NCBI GenBank assembly: GCA_013239625.1
Contig: MU054448.1
Coordinates: 2,698,566 to 2,762,565 of the forward strand
Direction of reading: 5' to 3'
Length of the DNA: 64,000 nt
Origin: Lama guanicoe
Taxonomy: Eukaryota
Shown here: positions 49,820-62,545 of the stretch, piece by piece
How positions within the stretch are numbered: position 1 is the stretch's first letter
Layout: each line of letters starts with the position of its first letter
Notes under the pieces: generated by a model
Databases searched by the model: none
What the model was told of the DNA's origin: nothing
Seen by the model: only the letters and a program-made list of their open reading frames with translations
Program-made: the position numbers and the translations under genes

Positions 49820-50269
49820 TGTAACATACTAGAGATTAATATTCACTCTCTCTTTTTCAATGAGAAAGGTCACCAAAGGTCTAAAATTGACTAATGGAAC
49901 GCTCCCTTAAAAAGCGGGGCTGGGAGAATGCTCTAGAGGGTCAGACCAGGATAGAAACAAGGAGGTAATTTCCCTTGGGTGTGTACAGGGCTAGCAGTCC
50001 CATTTTCCAGGCAAAGGTAGGTAAAACTAACTGCTCTTAAATAATATAAAAGTAGCTTGTGATCCTATTGCCTGTGGTGGCTTCAGTTAAAGAATACTGA
50101 GTTCAGAGAGAATGGCCTCAGTATTCAGGACAACAATTTCTTCTGTTTATTTGGCTTAAAAGAAACTCCGCCCATCACCGAGGAGGAGGCTGGGTAAGGA
50201 CTGCAGAGCAGTGACTCTGTGTCCACGATGCAGTGCACACCGCTTCAGTCGTGAGCCAGCTTGTGGTTT

Positions 50270-51340
50270 GTGCTGGCTCTCTCTTGCTGCATAACCAACC
50301 ACCCCCAAATACAGTGGCTTAAAACAACCATCATTTAAATAGTTCATGATTTCATGTGTCAGCCGAGTGGTTCTTACAGTCTGGTCCAGCTCAGCTGCCC
50401 TCTGTTGGCCTCACTCAGCATCCCTGGTAAGCTGGCAGGTGAGGTGGAGGCTGGATGACCTAGGATAGTGTAGTGGGAAGAACATGGCCTCCAAAGACGT
50501 CCACTCCCTAATCCTCAGAACCTATGAATACATTACCTTACATGGCAAAAGCAAGTTTGCAGATGTGATTAAGGGTATAGACCTTGAAATAAAACATTAT
50601 CCTAAATTGTCCCACTGGGCCCAATTTAATCACATGAGTCCTTAAAAGCAGAGAACTTTTCCCAGCTGGCTGTGAAAGATGAGAAAGAAGGAAGAGTAGA
50701 GAATTGAAGCACGAGAGGGGTTTGACTCATCACGGCCGGCTTTGAAGAGGGGAGAAGGAGCCCTCAAGTCAAGGAACGTGAGTGGATTCTTACAGCTGGG
50801 AATGGCCCTCAGCTGGCAGCCAGCAAGAAAACAAGGACCTTAGTCCACCAACCCCAAGGAACTGGTTTCCTCCAACAATCCAATGAGCAAGGAATGCCCA
50901 TCCTCACCTGGACTGGGGACAGAGGGAAAAGCTATGTTAATCAAACTGGGAGTACTGGGATGAGTTCTTTCAAAGACTGAGTCCTTACTCAGATCTTTCT
51001 CATTTAGCTGTAGAGAAAAGGCAGTTTAAATAATACAGTGGCTTACAGCGTGGGCTTTGTGCTAGGCAGAATAATGGCCCCCTGCAAAAGGTTCAAGTCC
51101 TAATCCCTGGAACCTGTAAGTTAAATGGCAAAGGAGAATTAAGATTGGAGATGGAATTTAGGTTTCTGATCAGCTGACATTAAAACAGATTATCCTGGAT
51201 TATCCAGGCGGGCCAAGTGTAATCAGAAGTGTCTTTAAATGTAGAAGTGGGAGACGGAAGATTCAGCATCAAAGTGATGCAGTGTGAGAAGGACCTGACT
51301 GGCCACTGATGGCTTTGAGGATGGAGGAAGGGACCATGAA
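50270..51340. mobile_element. Three truncated MaLR LTRs: old MLT1 (minus, 50270-50465), MLT1D/E-like (plus, 50469-50900), MLT1D-like (plus, 51058-51340)
   Basis: ttgctgcataaccaaccacccc...gtggcttaaaacaac; tgtagtgggaagaacatggcctccaaagacgtccac...catggcaaaa; tgtgctaggcagaataatggcccc...gattatcctggattatccagg. Confidence 0.8.
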
Positions 51341-51399
51341 CCATCCCCGATGGCCAGCTATGAGCCCCTTGGCCTCTCATGGTGTCCATGGAGACCATG

Positions 51400-52180
51400 T
51401 AAGGGGCTGGAAATTCTACCCACCCCAGCAGTAAAGAGGGGCCCACCTCACCCCTCAGCTGGACCTGACTGAGGCCAGTGGAGAACTTGGGCTCTCCCTG
51501 CCAAGGTGAAGCAAGATGATGACCTCTCCCCTGCAGGGACAGTGTCAGAACAACCTAGTTAAAACAGGTTTAAATAAGATCCAGAGTCTTACAGCACAGT
51601 ACAAAAATGTCCAGGTTTCAATTAAAAGATCATTCACTGTACCAAGAACCACAAAGATCTCAAACTGAATGAAAAAAAGACAACACTGAGACAAGAGAGC
51701 TGTTAAAATAATCCAAGATTTTTAAAGTAGCCACATAAAAATGCTTCCATGAGCAATTACAAACATGTCTAAAACAGGTGAGAAAACAGAAAGCCTCAGA
51801 AAAGAAATAGAACCAAGTGGAAATTTTAAAACTCAAAGATACAGTTAATATAAAAAGTAAAGAAAGAAAATACAGAAAAATGCAGAAATAAAAACCACAG
51901 TGGATGGGCACGGCAGCAGAACAGAAGGGAGAGAGGAAAGAATCAGAGAACTGGAAGACAGAATGACAGAAATTATCCAATCTGAGCAACAGAGAGAGAG
52001 CAGAATGAAAAAAAAAAGAACAACAGAGTCTCAGGGACCTCTAGGACTACAACAAAATATTCCCCATTCACACGTATCCCAGAAAAAGAGTAGAAAGTAC
52101 TCGAAAAAATAATGGTGGGAAGCTTCGCAACTTGACAAGAGACATAAACACAAAAATCAAGATGCTGAACAAACTCCTTC
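51400..52180 (+). mobile_element. Old L1 5' region/ORF1 remnant
   Basis: aaaatgtccaggtttcaa...accaagaaccacaaagatctcaa; ORF-track peptide EERIRELEDRMTEIIQSEQQRE resembles the L1 ORF1p coiled coil. Confidence 0.8.
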
Positions 52181-54289
52181 CTAAAGATGGGCAGGTGACC
52201 CTTTCAGACTAAAGAGTAAGAGTCTACAGACTACTGATGGATCTTACAATTACATTGAATAAGGATTCGTTCTTGAACTCGGTCAGGAGCCAAGCCAAGA
52301 GCTGTTGGAAGGGGTAGGTGCCTCTAATCTCCACCAGTCACCCTCACGACATTCCTCATATACATACAGCCTACGTTACGTGTTGGTATGCAAACGCAGG
52401 TAAGACATATCCTGTAACTCCTTGTCCTCAAAGTGAGATTCGAGCACCAGCACGTCAGCATCTCCTGGGGGCTTCCTGAAGGCACAGCACAGGCCTAATA
52501 GATCTGAACCTGCACCCACAAGAGCCTGAGATCCGCAATCCTTTGAGAAGCATTTCTGACTGCTTACTCCTTTCCTGCGACCAAATGGATGCCCCCTACA
52601 CTCCTCTCACGTGAAAACCTCTATAGTTACCTACAAACTGCAGGTTAGAAGCCGACCAAAAGCGCATCAATATTACACACTAGGAAAATCACTGGACAAA
52701 GACACTGGAGTTTTGTTCCCCATCATGAACTGCTGTGTCTGCAGATCACCTAGATTGCCAGCAGTCAATGTTTGCACGATTGCTGCTTTTTATGTGTATT
52801 TGTTTTTCTTATGAATTTAGTGCTGAAGGCAAAGTAGAAAACTGGAGGTTTCTCCCTGTTTGAGTATCCTGTGATTCTGCTGTACATGTGAATCAGATTA
52901 CCCATTACTACGTAGGCAAAGCCTGTGCACAGAGAAGTTAATTATAAGATCCTAAACCATGCCTGGTGTGTAATTATGGCAGGAATATTTTTTAATCCAA
53001 CTGTAATTCTATTTAGGAATTTTGATGACTTGAGCTTTGCGCCTGTAGCTTATAATATCACCAGAAACCCTTCACAGAACCGTAACCTGGTAAGTCAGTT
53101 ACCTGCCGAAGCTCAAATACACACGTATATAATTTAACAGTGCCCATTACACACAGACTTCCATTATAACACTATTTCCACTCGGTCATGATTTTATGAA
53201 AAATTCCCCTATTGGCTAAAATTTTCCAGGCTTAATCACACTCTTGAGGTGAACTTTTTCAATTAAACTCCACTTAAGCCAATTTTGAGCTCTTTGAATG
53301 AAGGGAAAATATATATGCCAGACTCTTAAAAATAACTGTCAAGTAGGTTCCTTTTTTAAATGTTTCTTTTACACACTAACATTCACACTTCACAGGAGGA
53401 CTGACCTGCTCGCCTCATAATTTCCAGATGACGAAGGCAGGGGTGCTCTCTTGCATAGAAATCCCCAGTAACTCTGTCCATCTCTGCCCACGGAGAATTA
53501 TGGAGAGTCTGTAAAGCAGGCATTTTGTTTTAAACCTGTGAGGCCACTTAGCATCTACGAAGTGAATTCAGTTAATACACATCCACCCTCCTCCTTACGA
53601 CTCTGGCAGGCTTTTCCACTTCAGGATGCATGAGAAGAAAGTCATTTAGGTTACTGATCAGTGTGAGTCACAGAGAACGAGGGAAGAATGGGCAATTACC
53701 ACTATTCTCAATCACCTTCATTTGCTGCTTCCAAACTTTATTTTGGAACTTACAGCCTGCTGATTGAATTATTTCTACGAGGAAAACAACCTCTGATTTA
53801 TCTCTCCAGGCAATTGGAAAGCAACGCCTTCTGGCTTTGGGCCATGTCTCTGATCCTTTGGTGTTCTTTCCCTAGCAAATATTTCGGGTCCATTCCGTCC
53901 ATCTTCATTGGGTTGATGGGGAGGGAGCAGGAGGCCTGCCAGAATACGCACATCCATCCTCTGTGGCATGGCCTGCCGAAGGCAGGACAAGGAAGTATTC
54001 TCTGCTGGATTCCTCATGTTCAGGCCTTTGTGCCAACTGACAGCTGATGGAGGTGTTCTTCTCAATTCCAAAGAGGTCTCCCAGCACAGTTATATAGACA
54101 GAATTTGAATACGAACAAAACCCTAATGGATTTCAGTTGCCCCTTCTCCAAGCTAATGCTTTCACAGGTTGCTTAAGGAGGAACCATGTTTGAGGAGCTC
54201 CAACCAGGTGGGAACAGCCTTCTGCAAAAGCCTGAGCCGCTCTGGCCCACTGACTTCTTTATGCAGCTTATCTCAAGGGCACCTCCCTC

Positions 54290-54760
54290 CTTTTCAGGGA
54301 AGTCATCCCTCCCCTCTTTGAGTAGGTCACTATGCTCTCTGCACAACATGCTGTTTGAGTCCTGGAATATGCAATCCTATTCCCTGCCACAGGACCTTTG
54401 CACATGCCACTCTCTTTGCCTAGGACACTGTAGCCACTCCTCTTCTTCTCTTGAATTTCTGTTGTCATTTAGATCGTAGCTTGTCATTTCTTCAGGGAAG
54501 CCCCCACTAACTTTCCTAATTAGGTTAATCCCCAGACCAATGTCTGTTCTCATACTGCTACTTACTTCCCCTTGGGGGTGCCTGGCACTGCTGTCTTCTT
54601 GCATTTACTTCTGTGGTTCTTCTTTTATTGGTAACTGGATCCCTACCAGCTTTACGAGGGTCCAGATTGTGTATACTCTCCTTTCCTGGCCTAGGTCTCT
54701 GCACAAAGTAGGTGTTCAGTAATTATCTGTTGGATAGATGGATGGATAAATGAATGAATT
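54290..54760 (+). mobile_element. L2 3' end
   Basis: caggacctttgcacatgcc...gtcatttcttcagggaagccccc...gtaggtgttcagtaattatctgttggatagatggatgg. Confidence 0.8.
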
Positions 54761-55439
54761 CACGTTAGAAATGTCCAGGGGGAGTCACAGAGCCTCAGTC
54801 AGCACTGTTAAAGTGTCCTGGCATCAGGAGAATTTGTCTGGTTTGCTTTATAGTGTTGTTCTAACCTTGATATGTAAGACTTCTGAAATAAGAAAATGGA
54901 CAGAGAGGAAACAGTCCAGAAGAGAACCTGGAAAAAAAATCTCCACTGAGGCCTACATAAAACACCTCCTGAGCCGTAGTATTATAAACCTAGAAATGGA
55001 CCTTGGAGATCATTTCTGAGATTTTACAGACGAAGAAAGTGAGGCCCCAGCTTCCACTGTAGTTACCGGTAGACCCCACCCTTTTAACTCCTCGTCCATG
55101 CCTGGTCGACTGCACCCACAAGGAGACAGAACTTAATAGAGATTAAAAAAACAGAATGGAGGGCAGAACGTAACAGGAGCTGGGAATACCATAGGAGAGG
55201 AACAGAGTGATGAAATCATATCTAAACCACAGGGTCCCTAAGGGCTGTAGTTAGAGAAAGAATTGAATTTCTTTCCTATTCTCCTCAATCCAACATAGGG
55301 AACTTCACTAGGAAGTCCCCAGAGGAACAATTGTCTCTTTCTGTAACGGCTAGTTATTCTTATTCTCTAATCTGTAAAGACAAAGAAGGCCAGGCAGAAG
55401 AAGACACCCAAATGTCACTCATTCTTTCAGTAAAGCCGA

Positions 55440-56620
55440 GCGGGGAATGTGCCGGATTCCCGAGTGTAAACCTTGCCAATTGTGTGACTTTGGTCAAGGT
55501 GCATAACTCCTTTGTGTCTCATTCTTCTCATCTATGAAATCGGAATAGTTGAACCCAATTTTTAGGGTTGTTGTGAGGATGAAGTGTAATATGATTTGTG
55601 AAGTGCCTGTGCATGACACACAGGGAATTCTTGGTATGACCTAATATTATTTCAACACTCAACAGAAATGTGTTGCGTGCTTACCATGTGCCCATATGGG
55701 ATGGGTAGTAGAGGGTGTGGCTTACATTATAGTTGGGGAAGACAGACAACTTTAAGAAACAGGGTATTTACAGATTAGGCTCAGCTCTGAAAAAAATATT
55801 AACAGAAGAACTGGAGCAGGAATGGGGAGTTCACTACTTTTTAGACAGGCTTAATCAGGAGAACTTCTTTGAGGACGTGAAATTCAAACCAAAGGATCCA
55901 GCCATGTCAAGAGCTGAGAAAAGAGAGTTCTAGCCCAGGAAATATCAGAAACAGAAAGTGCAAGGCCTTGACGTGGGGCTGTCCTTATTCCCAGGGTGAT
56001 GAGAAGACTGTGGGAGTTCTTCAGCAAAGGAAGACAGGATCTGAGTTGTGTTTCAAAAAGATCCGTCAGCCCAAACCCATAGAACGTACAACACAAAGCA
56101 TGAACCAAGTAATGGAAACCATGGGCTCTGGGTGGTAAGAAGGTGTCCACTTAGGTTCAGCGTTCCACTCCAGTGGGGGTGTCACAGCAGGGGAGGCTGT
56201 GCATGTGGAGGAGCAGGGGCTATGCGGGAAATCTGAGCCTTTGCTCAATTTTGCTGTGAAACTAAAACTGCTCTAAAAACACTAAATCTTCATTAAAAGA
56301 TTAAGCTATTGAACTGAAAAGAAAAAGATCCCTCTGATTTCTGTACAGAGAATGGGTTTTAGGGGATAAGAGTGAAGGTAGAGAGACCAGCTAGGAAGCT
56401 AGGGAAGCCTTGGAGGTGAGAGGTGGGTGGATGGTGGTTCGGAAAGGAACAGATGGGAGGGAGAGGGGCAGCACGGACGAAAGGGGTTTAGAGGTGGAGC
56501 AGCAGGGTGAGCAGAGGAGAAAGGGAAGAACGGCGAGTGGGGGGGTGGTAGGTAAGCCGAGGGCTCTGTCCTGAACGACTGGAAATACTGAAGCCGTTTG
56601 TCAGGATGTGGAGAGGCAGA
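55440..56620. mobile_element. MIR (plus, about 55440-55640) then L2 (minus) hosting an L1MC insertion
   Basis: tgtgactttggtcaagg...gggttgttgtgaggat (MIR); actcaacagaaatgtgttgcgtgcttaccatgtgcc...gagaccagctaggaagct (L2). Confidence 0.7.
56065..56321 (+). mobile_element. L1MC-type 3' end with TSD
   Basis: caaacccatagaacgtacaacac...tgctcaattttgctgtgaaactaaaactgctctaaaaa; 10-bp TSD aaaaagatcc at 56055-56064 and 56322-56331. Confidence 0.88.
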
Positions 56621-59600
56621 CGAGGAGCGCCTGAAGCTTATGGTGGTTGCTTTGGTTTCACAATGAGGGAGGCAGATCTGGGATTCCTGAACTCTTGTGT
56701 TGCTGAATGAAGGGCACCCCACTCGGAAGCGTTCTAAGAACAAAGGAAGTACAGTTTACCTGGAGCGGTGACCCGCAGAGCTCCTGGGAGGAGGGTGATG
56801 AGTCGGCTCACTTCTAGCAATGCCGCCTTCACGCTGTAAGAATCGGTGTTACTTCCTTCTGCTCACAGAGACCCTTTAAATGGTATAATTGCATTTCTCC
56901 CATTTTTCTTAAAGTAGAGAAATAATCGATGATGCCAAGTGACATGCCTCTGTTTCCCAAGAATGCCATTTAACCACATTTTCTTTTTCTTTCTTTTTTC
57001 TTGAGGCTTAAAGGCAAGCAGAAAGATTCTCAAAAACCACGCGAAGCACCTAGGTCATGCCTTTGCTCAGACTTTAGTAATTCAGAGTCATCCTCTGTTT
57101 AGGAAAAATCTGAGAGTTTATCCTTAAAGAAGTAGTTTCCAAGGTTTTCAGGAATCTTATTTCATTACAACACAGGATAAAGTCTGAACAACTCGATGCA
57201 ACTTTTATGTAAACTTTCCCTTTTAACGCAAACACAATGAAAAGAACACGAGACCAGGAGCCTCAGGAAGATGTCATTCCCCCTCAGCCACTGGAAGTCA
57301 CCTGTCCGCCAGACTTTCACTGGTTTACCTGGAGAGGAGGAGCTGAGCATCATGCCCTTTGCAGATTCCATGGCCCATCAAACACGGGCCAGAGTTGGGC
57401 AAACCTGTTCACACTAGTCAAGGCGATGAGCGTCGTACGTTTTCATTTTGCGGTTTTTATTTCCCAGATGCTCTGCCATGCCCCCCGCTGATTGGATAGT
57501 CTGTCAGCTCAACCTCTTTCTTTAATAAATTCTTCTAAATTGGCAGTGAATTTGGAGGAAAGAAACATTCTTTGTGTTTCAGAATCACTCTCAGCATAAA
57601 CTTTGTCTGGGGGCCACATGTCTTGAAGTTGTTTGTGACCAAGAGTTCCTCAAGTGACAAGTCTTTTCAGCTTTGATTCACTTTGGGTGACTCCACCGTA
57701 CCAGGGCTTGTACTATGTGTGACACAATGTAATCAGCCTTGTAAGCTTACTTTATAACAAATGTGTGGCTTTGATTTGAAACAAATGCACAAACCACAGC
57801 AACAAAGCGATGGCTCCTGAGACAGGAGTCAGGCGGGAGGGTGAAGGACAAGCGTAGCTGGCGAGGAGCAGAGTGTCAGCTCCACTCCCACCACGGTCAC
57901 TGTCTCGTGTGTGTCGCTGAACAACTCAGTCTGTGCAGCCTCGTCCTCTGTAAGACACTGGTCAGACCGTTATGGTTGGACCACAATCTCTCAGCCTCTC
58001 AGCTCAGAGATTTCGTGAGTAGTTGTGGGACCTCACTGAAGGCTGTGGCACAGGACAACACAGCAGTATCCTCTGGCCCCATTACTGGACTTGATACATG
58101 CTACTCGTGCCCTCATAAAGCAATCATAGGAAAGGAGAGAAGGAGCAGGGACTGAGGCTCAGGGGGGTACTAATGAAGGATTTCACCTTCCCCAAAGGTT
58201 TCCACTAGGGTCTCTGAGTGGGAGCCAGGGCAGGTGGCAGCTAGAAGGGAGTGGTGATTAGTAAAGCATGACCAGGTGGCACCTGCAGGGGAAGGGATTC
58301 ACTCTGTCCTTCTCTATAGCAGGAGAATGAACAGATGGAGCCCCAGACCTCCACAAACATTTCATTAACTTAACCTTGAATGTGCAGAGAGGCAGAAGCC
58401 CAACCCCTGTAACTAAAAACATCATTTATTATTGATTCTCTGCATTTAAAAAGGTAAATTCCATACTAATTCCCTGTGTTGATAATCTCCATAGTCTCTT
58501 AAAACATACAAGGAGAACTGGAGAATAGACTTCAGAGATGGAACTTTTCCTTTCAGGCTTCTTAAAATGGAGAATTAATGACCAGGATTTGCTCAATGAA
58601 ACATTTCTCACCATGAAGTTCATAATTATTTGAGCATTATGATTTCAATTATTCTTAACAGTGTCAGCCACGTCCAGTGTCCTGACAAGTGTTTCAAGTC
58701 GAAGGCAGTAGTTCTATCGGGAGTTTTATGTCCTAAACCAAGGCACAGACTAGGTATTCTTTCTTGAATCCTACTATTTCTCCATTCATTTTTTTCAGTA
58801 ATTTTCTACTGAGTGTAATTTTTGTGCCATGCACTCAGTCATGAACTGGGGATAAAGTGATAAACAGGACAGACAAGTCTCAGCTCTCTCCAGCCTTTTA
58901 TGAGAATTTGAATTTTTTCCCTATTTTAAAATTTCCCCCATAACAGGGCTCCAGGCTATCAACCCAGACTCTTTCCCACTATTCATCAATGTAAATGTTC
59001 TATCCTGCTGTTTGTCTGCACATGTATACACAGCCCCCCACCAGCATGTAGACAGATACAATGCTAATCTCCCCAGCTCTTCACTTTCTCCTGTCTGCCT
59101 GCACTAGCAATAGCTCTGCCCTCCTCTCATTCATGTCTCTAAATCCTACCTGCTTTCAAGGTTCAACAGACACCCCCCTTCTCTGCGAAGTGCTGCGCTA
59201 ACAGAGGCAGCCAAACAAACCCCTCTTTTCTGCAATGTTCTGCACCCCTTGACCACGTATTGGATCAGTCTTTTCCTGGCACCCTTTTTTCCCCTTCTCT
59301 TTTTGTGTGTACTGATCTGACCATCACATGTAAATTCTCAAATCCCTGGAAAGATGAACCATATTTTATATCTTCTATAGCCTCTCAGTGTTTGAACAGT
59401 GTGTCTCAAAGCAAGTTTTCAAGTACTTGCTTGGCAGGACTTGTACATTTTGTCTGCAATCCAGATAAACTTACAGAGATGGTAGCACCTGAGCCTTACG
59501 GCAGACATTTAGAACAATGTGCCTTAATCAACTACATTTATGTGAAACTTGAAATCTCAGACCTTCCCTTAACTGTCACTGCTCAAACCACATAACATCA

Positions 59601-59689
59601 AAGGATATCATACTTTCAGATAACACATATCTAAGCACAACTTACTACCTTTCTAATTTCAATTACTATACTTAAATGAAGGTATTTTT

Positions 59690-60620
59690 AAAGACTGTCC
59701 CTCGACTGCTCTGCAGTTCACCCTCCTCCTAAGTAGAGTGACCATGTATGTGTGTCTGTTTCTGAACTTCCTTTTTATTCCACTGGTTTGTCTGTCTCCC
59801 TTGTGTCTATACTGCCTGATCTTCGTTGCTCGACCTTTATAATAAATTTTGATGTCTAGTAGCATACAGCTTCCTAGATTGTCCTTCTTTAAGGATGACT
59901 TGATTATTTTTGGTCTTAGGCATTTCCAAATGAATTCAGAGATGAGACTGCTGATTTCCATAAAGAGATCTGCTGGTCTTTTTAATGGTATTGTACTAAA
60001 AATATAGATCAATTTGGAGATAGTTGATATTTTTTATGAAATTGAGTCTATCTTGCACAAACACAATATATCCTGCTAATTAGCAATAGGATAGCCAAAT
60101 GAAAAAAAGATATATACACATGATTCCCTACCTCACACCCTATGCACAAGTCAATTCCAGATTTATGGAAGTTCTAAATATGAAATGTAAAACAACATAG
60201 CTTCTAGAAAATAACATAAAAGAAATTTTCATGCTCATGGCGTACGAAGGAAAGAAAAAGCTAATCACAAAATAAATTAACAGATTAGACTTCACTGAAA
60301 TTAAAAACAAAAAGATACCATGAAAGAGTGAAAATGCAAGCTACAAAGTGTAAGAGTTATTTGTGAAGATCCAACAAAGGAATTGTACCCAGAATATGTA
60401 AAGAACACTTACAACGCAGGAAGACAGAAAACCCAAACGAAAACAGGGCAGAAATTTGAAGAGGAATTTGACAAAGGGCATTCAAATGGTCAATAGACAT
60501 AAATGCCAATAAACATAAATGCAGGTGCTCAATGCCGTTCTTCATCAGGAAAATAAAAATTAAAACTACAGTGAGATACTATGTCACACCCACCAGAAAA
60601 AATGCGCAACCAAAATAACT
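59690..60620. mobile_element. Old L1 ORF2 fragment with an inverted 5' segment (minus about 59690-60070, plus about 60075-60620)
   Basis: Minus ORF peptide IYIFSTIPLK...FIWK...LLDIKIYYK is ORF2-like; the plus part ccctacctcacacc...caaatggtcaatagacat...aaattaaaactacagtgagatac is the next stretch of ORF2. Confidence 0.75.
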
Positions 60621-60634
60621 GACGTTTTCAAACC

Positions 60635-61580
60635 TGCCTGGATGTTCTTATCTTACTGGGATTCAGGCTGGGATTGCATTAAATCTGAAGGTTCACTTTG
60701 GAAGAACTGACATCTACAATATTGAATCTTCATGCCTAAGAATGTGATGAGACCCCTCACTTACTCATGTCTATTATTTGGAATACAGTTTTGTACAGAT
60801 TTTATGACAAATATACACTAAGAGCTAGGTATGTGTTGCTATTTCCTAATTATTTATATTTGTTATTATAATCTAAAGATTTTTAATTATCTTGTAACTG
60901 GCCACCCTGGTGAATTTTTTTAATAGCTCAAATAGCTTTGAAGTGAGCCTTTTAAGTTTCCTATGTAGAAAGTTAATAGTGCCAAAGATTGCCTTTGTTT
61001 CTTCCTACTAATAATATCTCTTATTTACATATCGTGTTTGATAGAAATTCCAGAATAAGGTCAAATATGCATGTGTGTTTTTTCTCTTGTTATTTGTCAG
61101 AGGCCACCAAGCGTTTTCCTCAAAGAGCCAGATATTAAATATTTTTAGCTTTGGAGGCTATACGGTCTCTGTCACAACTACTCAGCTCTACCATTGTAGC
61201 AATGAAAACAGCCCTGGACAATAAACAAAGAACAAACAGCTGGATTTGGCCCATACACCATGGTTTACTGAACCCTGTTCTATTTTAGTGACAAGGCTTT
61301 TAATGTTTCACCATTACTATGACTTTGGTTTTTGATCTCTTTGCCATTTTTAAGGAATAAGTCCTTCAATTATAGATTACCAAAATTTGGTTTTGTTTTT
61401 GTTTAATTTTGTAGGCTTTTTTTGCAGTTCCTTTCCTTTTTGACCTCTCTCAAGACCATCACATTTTAAACGTCTTTTATAAGAGTGTTCAACATGTTCT
61501 CAATGTTGAACCATTCTTATAGCCCTATGATAAGCTTAGTCATGATAAATTAGTTTTATTTGCTCCTGGATTTTATTCCA
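60635..61580 (-). mobile_element. Ancient L1 remnant with a nested MER58A-like element (61098-61277)
   Basis: gggattgcattaaatctgaagg...gaactgacatctacaatattgaatctt; MER58: aagagccagatattaaatatttttagcttt...gtctctgtcacaactactcagctct...gctggatttggccc. Confidence 0.7.
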
Positions 61581-61589
61581 CACATATTA

Positions 61590-62024
61590 ACTGGACACCC
61601 ACAGTGTTCCAAGCACTCTTCAAGAACTAGTAGATGCATCTGTTCACAAACTAGACAAAGTCCCTGCTTTCATGGAGCTTATACTCCAGTGGAAGGACAC
61701 AGATGATAATGAAGACACACAAATATGTCAAATGAAGGAGAGTAAAGCTGAGTCTGGGGTGAGAGGGTGGGCTGCTGTTTTAGAGGTAATGTTCAGGGAA
61801 AGCCTCTCTGATCAGGTGACACTTCGGCAGAGACTTTAAGGAAGTGAGGGCACAGTCTAGTCGACTGAGTAAGCAAGAGGAAGTAGCGCACAAAGTGTCA
61901 GGACAGGGAACGGACAGGGAGCCGTGCGGACGCTCAGCAGGAGCCCCTAATGGAGTCTCGGGATGAGGTCAGCAAGGCTTCCTGGGAGGAAGCAACATGA
62001 CATGAGACCTTGAAGAAAAGCTGT
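61590..62024 (-). mobile_element. L2 3' fragment
   Basis: agacaaagtccctgctttcatggagcttatactccagtgg...tcagggaaagcctctctgatcaggtgaca. Confidence 0.75.
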
Positions 62025-62029
62025 ATGAG

Positions 62030-62545
62030 TGTGGCAGTGAATGTTTTGTGTCACCTCACCTGGCCACGGGGTGCCCAGACATTGGGCAAACATCGTCCTG
62101 GGTACATCAGCAAGGGTGTTTCTGGGTGCGATAAACATCTGAGTCAGGAGACTGAGTAAAGCAGTCGCCTTCCCCAGTGTAGGTGGGACTCACCCCACGG
62201 CTGAAGCCCTGAATAGAACAAAAAGACTGAGTACAGGGAGCACTTGCCCTTCCTGCCTGCCGTGAGCTGGGACATCACTCTTTTCCTGCCTCTGGACCCA
62301 AAATGAAACATGGGCTTTTCCTGGGTCTCGAGTCTGCTGGCCCCCTGCCTGGACCTTACACCAGGGGCTCTCCAGGTTCTCAGGCTGGAACTACACGGCG
62401 GCTTTCCTGGGTCCCCGTCTTGCCAGCTTCAGATCTTAGGACATCTCAGCCTTTGTAACCACACGAGCCCATGCCTTATGTTAACTCTCTGTGTACACAC
62501 ACACTCCCTCCTCTGGTTTCTATTCCTCTGAAGGACCCTAATACA
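62030..62545 (+). mobile_element. Complete ERVL solo LTR (MLT2B-like)
   Basis: tgtggcagtgaatgttttgtgtca...gactgagtaaagcag...ccctgaatagaacaaaaag...ccctaataca; perfect 5-bp TSD atgag at 62025-62029 and 62546-62550. Confidence 0.92.

Noticed and set aside
51900-52112. Coiled-coil-like peptide EERIRELEDRMTEIIQSEQQRE
   Set aside because: L1 ORF1p remnant.
57305-57350. 27-nt minus-strand exon (GKPVKVWRT)
   Set aside because: Donor gtgact is modest and such short AG...GT pairs arise often by chance.
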